From the NCBI GenBank assembly GCA_039189765.1, contig JBCCYL010000007.1:92553-156552 (forward strand): a stretch of DNA of 64,000 nucleotides. Direction: 5' to 3'. Of the stretch, positions 59,901 to 64,000 are shown piece by piece. How positions within the stretch are numbered: position 1 is the first letter of the stretch; each line of letters starts with the position of its first letter. Source of the stretch: Cyanobacteria bacterium P01_F01_bin.150 (GTDB taxonomy: Bacteria > Cyanobacteriota > Cyanobacteriia > CAKZMO01). Both the position numbers and the translations under genes were made by a program. Below the pieces are notes generated by a model, which made no database searches, was not told where the DNA came from, and saw only the letters and a list, made by a program, of their open reading frames with translations.

Positions 59901-62075
59901 TTTCAAGCTAATCAAGTTTTGTTTGAAGCCAGACGAAAAGCTCGAAGATTGTTGAGAACAACATTAGGCATATCAGTTTTAACCTTACTTTCAATAATAA
60001 TTTTTTCTGGTATTGCTAATCAAAGAGCTGAGGTAAAAAAAGAGAAAATCATCTTATCAGCTAAGATTGATCAAGATAGTAATTATGCATTGCAACAATT
60101 TGAATTTTCCCAGATTGATGCTTTAATAACGGCTATAGATGCCAGCTATGAGTTAAAAGATATTATAGAAATTAATGATTCTTTTGCAGATTATCCAGCC
60201 CTTACTCCTCTGTTTGCACTACAAAAAATCCTTAATCAAATCAATGAAAAGAATCGGATTGATATTGGTAATAGTTCAGTTTACTGGGCAGGCTTTAGCC
60301 CTGACAATCAGTATTTTGGGGTTACTTCCGAAAATGGAAATGTTCAGATTAGGAGAACTACAGGTGACATTGTTTCTTCATTCGAGGCTTGTGAAGGTAA
60401 GGAAGCATGGAGCTTAAGCTTTTTAAGTATCAATAAATTTGCTGTTGCTTGTGCTCCTGTTCCTTCTTCTAAAATTGGCTTAATTGAAATCTATAATCGT
60501 TCAGGCCAGAGAATATCAAGTTGGGACGGACATAAAGGGGGAGTTGGAAGTATAGACTTTAGTTCGCAAAACAACATCTTAGTTTCAGCCGGGCAAGACG
60601 GTTATGTAAGGATTTGGAACGAATCTGGTCAGTTATTATTTGAAGCGCTTAGCCATAAAGGTCCTGCATATTGGGTCAGCATGAGCCCAGATGGACAAAA
60701 ATTTGTGTCAGTTGGAGAAGATGGACTGGCAAAGGTTTGGAATATCGATGGTCAAGTATTAGTTAATCTTGTGGGGCACAGAGGTGCTGCTACAAGTGCT
60801 GATTTTTGCCCGGACAGTGAAAGCATTGTAACAACTGGAGATGATGGAACAGCTAAAATTTGGAATCTTAATGGTGATGAGATTGCTGAATTTTCAGGGC
60901 ATAAAGGACTCGTAACAAACGTAAATTGTTTTTTAAATGGAGATAACGTCGCAACAGCAGGAGACGATGGTACTATCCAAATCTGGAATCATTTAGGTCA
61001 AGCTTTATTTAAATTGAGAGGACATCAAAATCGTATTTGGACTGTTAATGTAAACACAGATGAACAACAACTCATTTCAGCAGGATCGGACGGCACTGTT
61101 AGACTATGGAATCTTTTAGGAAAAGAATTATCTAGCTGGCAGGCTCATTCGGGTGCTGTATGGAGTGTTAGCGTTAGTCCCGATGAGAGGTATCTTGCAT
61201 CGGCTGGACAAAATGGTGTAGTAAGCTTGTGGAAGTCATCAGGAGAGAAAATTACTGATTTTAAGGGTCACACTGACAGAGCTTTTTGGGTGAATTTTGA
61301 TCCAAGAGGACAAAGAATAGTCTCGTCTGGAGAAGATGGGATGACAAGGCTATGGAATTTATCGGGAAAAGAGCTAAAAATTTGGTCTAGTTGTCAAGGA
61401 TCTGCTCATGTAGCAAAATTCAGTCCTGATGGGAAAACCATTGCAACATCTTGCTCGACAGGAGACGTAGTACTACAGAATAGTGTCACAGGAAAGATAA
61501 CTTCTCGATTTAAAGCCCATCAAACTCATGTCTATAGTGTTAGCTTCAGCCCTGATGGACAAGAGCTTGCATCAGCAGGTGAAGATGGAAATGTAGGAAT
61601 ATGGAATTTGGACGGCCAAAAAATTCATAAATTTCATGCTCACAAAGATGTTCTATGGGTAGATTGGAGACCTAATGGTGAGTCTATCGTTACTGCGGGA
61701 AGGGAAGGCATAGCAAAACTTTGGGATAAGCAAGGGAATCATCTCAGTACATTTATTGGTCATCAAGGGGGAGTGACATGGGCTGGATTCGATCCTGACG
61801 GAGAGAGTATTTTTACAGCTAGTAGAGATGGGACTGTTAGGCGTTGGGACTTAAGTGGGAGGCAAATTTCCCAATTTGGAGGACATTTTGGCGGAGCCTT
61901 GAGTATAGGATTTTTGCCAATTACAGACTTAATTGTAGTATCTGATGAGGATGGTATTATTAGGCTATGGAGTATAGAAGATTTACCCCAGTTAATTAGT
62001 AAAGGGTGTAGTTGGTTATCTAATTATTTTGATGAAAATGAAGAGAAAGATAGTGTATGTCTGGATCAACCTTAA
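56931..62075 (+). CDS. TPR + nSTAND1-like NTPase + TM + WD40 repeat protein
   Basis: GDSGVGKSS, IFDQFEEFF, LREDYL and YQLVHDY. TM TTLGISVLTLLSIIIFSGIA. About 14 GH...W WD40 repeats. Confidence 0.9.
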   Translation: MSPQNAAAMEELVGAIAFSQGANALNLLLVRCNYGQLREQMVAALLAQLEAESLDGPVHILRSGGVDIHDQIQSVTQDGPPGAVIVLVTATGADLDAVLVELNKRREEFRRNFRFPVVLWFTDEGYQRLSQLANDFESIVGGEAIAFGLSGDDLSQRLEDAAQAMFTALLKPDSSASFNKRLKEMTLGYLSADEVAIATSDLHAQAYAISPGLQAHIDFARGLNVAPVEAIALFQQCADHWATVGTPGASLKQGVALYYLGQASYFVIDKLKNQPRDGLIDDWAIGVRHAERTVRSDGPQYDFSARPTSQPLLESDQEPITWDIAVPPLEYCLAIFDQANRPDLVAVCVNRLERTLHRLQRWDALERLIQRALPLHQTYGTVSKLSQDYGFLADIALHREQWQEAAQLAQQALDLLEPKSQPPVMRSWWPILYRYLLAKAERALGNGDAATAQLQAAMAMGVMDRPTLYSAVLSLLRECLRDQGQYLEAFELKRERLSVERQYGLRAFIGAGRLRSQRVEQRPTVQSGRQTLEAIAPEIDSSGRYRDLEELLNRIAGTSHKLIVLHGDSGVGKSSLVNGGLVPALQAKALENRTNVPVVLRRYTNWERELSTALTSALGNQNPKSKIQNPEDPPLAPPKRGTGGPTPSPSQEGDRSVQNPKSKIQNSLLSTLQHCEGLSLRPVLIFDQFEEFFFANPDRVARRAFFQFIAECLELPSALKIVFSLREDYLHYLLEAKKLVRRSDLGDGSMARSQLEDILGQKTLYEIGNFSPEDAKAIIQRLTAGSRMGLEPGLVDALVADLARPLGEVRPIEMQIVGAQLQTEGIQSLSRYLLLGDEPKEELVSHYLQDVVNDCGEKYTQLAELVLYLLTDERGTRPLKSVSELQQELKPLLPHFVLLDEPFTQLSTSSKQETAIDTKDTQNLDNPKTLNGLGYVLHILCGSGLISYFPEEPEDRYQLVHDYVAETFRLRYDFRLHKKLIKVEEERGKLFQANQVLFEARRKARRLLRTTLGISVLTLLSIIIFSGIANQRAEVKKEKIILSAKIDQDSNYALQQFEFSQIDALITAIDASYELKDIIEINDSFADYPALTPLFALQKILNQINEKNRIDIGNSSVYWAGFSPDNQYFGVTSENGNVQIRRTTGDIVSSFEACEGKEAWSLSFLSINKFAVACAPVPSSKIGLIEIYNRSGQRISSWDGHKGGVGSIDFSSQNNILVSAGQDGYVRIWNESGQLLFEALSHKGPAYWVSMSPDGQKFVSVGEDGLAKVWNIDGQVLVNLVGHRGAATSADFCPDSESIVTTGDDGTAKIWNLNGDEIAEFSGHKGLVTNVNCFLNGDNVATAGDDGTIQIWNHLGQALFKLRGHQNRIWTVNVNTDEQQLISAGSDGTVRLWNLLGKELSSWQAHSGAVWSVSVSPDERYLASAGQNGVVSLWKSSGEKITDFKGHTDRAFWVNFDPRGQRIVSSGEDGMTRLWNLSGKELKIWSSCQGSAHVAKFSPDGKTIATSCSTGDVVLQNSVTGKITSRFKAHQTHVYSVSFSPDGQELASAGEDGNVGIWNLDGQKIHKFHAHKDVLWVDWRPNGESIVTAGREGIAKLWDKQGNHLSTFIGHQGGVTWAGFDPDGESIFTASRDGTVRRWDLSGRQISQFGGHFGGALSIGFLPITDLIVVSDEDGIIRLWSIEDLPQLISKGCSWLSNYFDENEEKDSVCLDQP
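58791..58929 (+). repeat. In-gene repeat block: (CAAAATC)4, a perfect 37-bp tandem duplication, then more CAAAATC-like units
   Basis: GACCCACCCCTAGCCCCTCCCAAGAGGGGGACCGGAG at 58824-58860 and 58861-58897. Confidence 0.92.
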
Positions 62076-62138
62076 AGATTGTTCCAACTGTCTGTAAAGA
62101 AGTTTTCATCGGATTTTGTCAACATTGCTATAGCCAAA

Positions 62139-62399
62139 ATGATGATTAAGAGATTGTTTTTTCGTGTAGTAGTTATGCTAACAGCTTTGCCCAGTGTAGT
62201 GCTGAGTGTGAGCAGTGCAAGTGCAAAGGATCTGAATTCTCATTCCATGTTCTTACGTACTAGGGATACAGAAAAATCTGTATCAATAAATCTTACAAAA
62301 GAACGTGGTGGTAGTACATACGGTAGAGGCGGATCATCAGAACAAGCACCTTGGGGTGATCCCTATACAGGAAACGGTACTAGTTCAGACCAACGATAG
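62139..62399 (+). CDS. Small secreted peptide (Sec signal + Gly/Ser/Arg-rich C-terminus)
   Basis: MMIKRLFFRVVVMLTALPSVVLSVSSASA signal with AxA cleavage site. Mature part ends ERGGSTYGRGGSSEQAPWGDPYTGNGTSSDQR. Confidence 0.65.
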   Translation: MMIKRLFFRVVVMLTALPSVVLSVSSASAKDLNSHSMFLRTRDTEKSVSINLTKERGGSTYGRGGSSEQAPWGDPYTGNGTSSDQR

Positions 62400-62507
62400 T
62401 TATAAACTGAATGATTAAATAGACCTTCTTGCATAATTTTTTGATAGTATCTCAGGGAACTTTGCTTTCCAGCATTCTTCTCTTATCATAACTCCTTTAT
62501 ATAGATA

Positions 62508-63550
62508 CAGCGGTGTGCAGACTTATTAAGCACAATAGCAACAATGACAAAACCAATTATGCACATCCTCTAAGCTGATGGACTCCAACCCCGCCTGAAT
62601 GGCCTCATGCAGTTTTTCTTTAGTGGCCGTCTCAACCTGTCGCACATGCTGTTTGAGCTTGGACCACAAATTTTCAATTGGGTTAAAATCGGGTGAGTAG
62701 GGTGATAGATAGACCACTCGTGCCCCGACTCGTTCAATCGCCTCTTTCACCCCCTCTACTTTGTGAGCGGACAGATTATCCATCACCACCACTGCTCCTA
62801 GCCATAAGGTCGGTACTAACACCTGCTCGAAATACCACAAAAACGTATCCCCATTGGTGCCTCCCTCAAAACTAAATCCAGCCGTGAATCCAGCCACTAA
62901 GGTCATTGCCCCAATCACCGAAATATTTTTTCCTTTGGCCGGTTTTTCGCCATAGGCTCGATGGCCTCTTAGCGAGCGGGCATACTGCTCAACCATCGCT
63001 CGATTGAACCCGGTTTCATCCAGAAACACTAAATCGGATACCTTAATCGCGGCCATATCCTCCCAGTACTCCCGACGTTGCTGTTGCACCTCATCAGTGT
63101 AGGCTTTGCTGGCTTTCAAACTCTTTTTTTTACGAGTAATATTCAACTGGCTAAGTCCGCGACTGATGGTGCTGGAACTCACCTTTAGTTGAGTGGTTTG
63201 TTCCAGACGCTGAGCGAGTTGAGCGAGGGTTGCGTCATTATCGTCTTCCACCAGCGTTTGTAGGACCTCCAAATGGGCTGGAGTTAACTTCGCTAGGGTG
63301 TTTCCACCCCTGGGCAATGGATGGATAGAGCCTGTTTCGCGAACCCGTTTGAGCAAACGACGCACACAATCGGGGCTGACCTTAAATCGTTTCGCTAATT
63401 GGCGAATAGAGCCTTCACCAGCATTGTACGCATCGACAATTCGTTGACGCAGATCTAAGGAATAGGATTTCATCGATAATGCACCTGAAAGAGGAGAGGA
63501 TATCTCTTGATAGTACACATAAATGTGCTTAATTCAGGTGAACACCGCTG
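62508..63550 (-). mobile_element. IS630-family insertion sequence
   Basis: Imperfect TIRs CAGCGGTGTGCAGACTTATTAAGCACA / TGTGCTTAATTCAGGTGAACACCGCTG. TA duplicated at 62506-07 and 63551-52. Confidence 0.93.
62526..63473 (-). CDS. IS630 transposase (single uninterrupted ORF)
   Basis: YSLDLRQRI HTH, FLDETG, VMDNLSAH and YSPDFNPIE DDE triad. ATG 63473 preferred. Confidence 0.95.
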   Translation of the reverse strand: MKSYSLDLRQRIVDAYNAGEGSIRQLAKRFKVSPDCVRRLLKRVRETGSIHPLPRGGNTLAKLTPAHLEVLQTLVEDDNDATLAQLAQRLEQTTQLKVSSSTISRGLSQLNITRKKKSLKASKAYTDEVQQQRREYWEDMAAIKVSDLVFLDETGFNRAMVEQYARSLRGHRAYGEKPAKGKNISVIGAMTLVAGFTAGFSFEGGTNGDTFLWYFEQVLVPTLWLGAVVVMDNLSAHKVEGVKEAIERVGARVVYLSPYSPDFNPIENLWSKLKQHVRQVETATKEKLHEAIQAGLESISLEDVHNWFCHCCYCA

Positions 63551-64000
63551 TAGAGCGTAGAAGATGTAGTGATTTTAGGTAGTCTTTAACTCCCCTGTGA
63601 AATCTTTTTTCCACACTAAAAACTGTCTCTATGCGAAGATAAAATCAAAAAGATGGGGAATCTCAAGAAGTTTTAGCCCAGTTTTCAAATGCTATGACGG
63701 AGAAATAGGATTGCCTCTTATAGTCGGCAGGTCGACACATTTTGGGTTTTGGAAGGGCGATTTCCCATGGGATAGGTTATGTCAATGCCATGGCATCGCT
63801 AACTATAGTTCAATACCCGTGAACGAAATAGCTTTTTACACCTTCCTTGAGCATTTGGGGTAGAACTGCTGTAGTGTCAAAGAGAATATCTCACGTCCAC
63901 TTTAGCCATCTACAGCAGACCTATCCTGACTCAACCAACCGATACAACCAACTTGGCCGAGCTGGCCTCCCATTATAATATGGCTCCATTTAATCAACGC

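Noticed and set aside
62139..62399. Calling this peptide PatX
   Set aside because: It has RGGS, not RG(S/T)GR, and its context is not hetR/sepJ-like.
63597..63863. 88-aa ORF right of the IS630
   Set aside because: No RBS or recognisable domain. Probably spurious.
1..64000. tRNA, rRNA, cas genes, integrase or prophage
   Set aside because: None recognised anywhere in the window by inspection.

Overview
This is a chromosomal segment of a cyanobacterium, probably filamentous. The evidence is abundant HIP1 GCGATCGC octamers plus psbK, ndhS, heme oxygenase, a phycobiliprotein-like gene and a hetZ-patU-like pair. Most of it is core or conserved genes: wecB, accC, ho1, tenA, rpsU, an amidase, lgt, an M3 oligoendopeptidase, lepB, priA and a DHH-CBS tRNA nucleotidyltransferase. 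Six things stand out. (1) A P-loop ATPase followed by a TPR-nSTAND-TM-WD40 gene whose WD40 half switches to AT-rich, HIP1-free DNA and is followed by a small secreted Gly/Ser/Arg peptide gene, a candidate swappable receptor-ligand module. (2) Two tandem CRISPR leader+repeat units with only one spacer and no cas genes in the window. (3) An FHA / MscS-DEP / kinase-TPR cluster. (4) A highly structured ~240-nt leader with mutually exclusive helices over an RBS. (5) An ~80-bp MITE-like family with about 8 copies, plus other short repeats, some in-frame inside genes. (6) A candidate sRNA and an intact IS630 element. All calls come from reading the sequence and recalling family motifs; no database searches were run.
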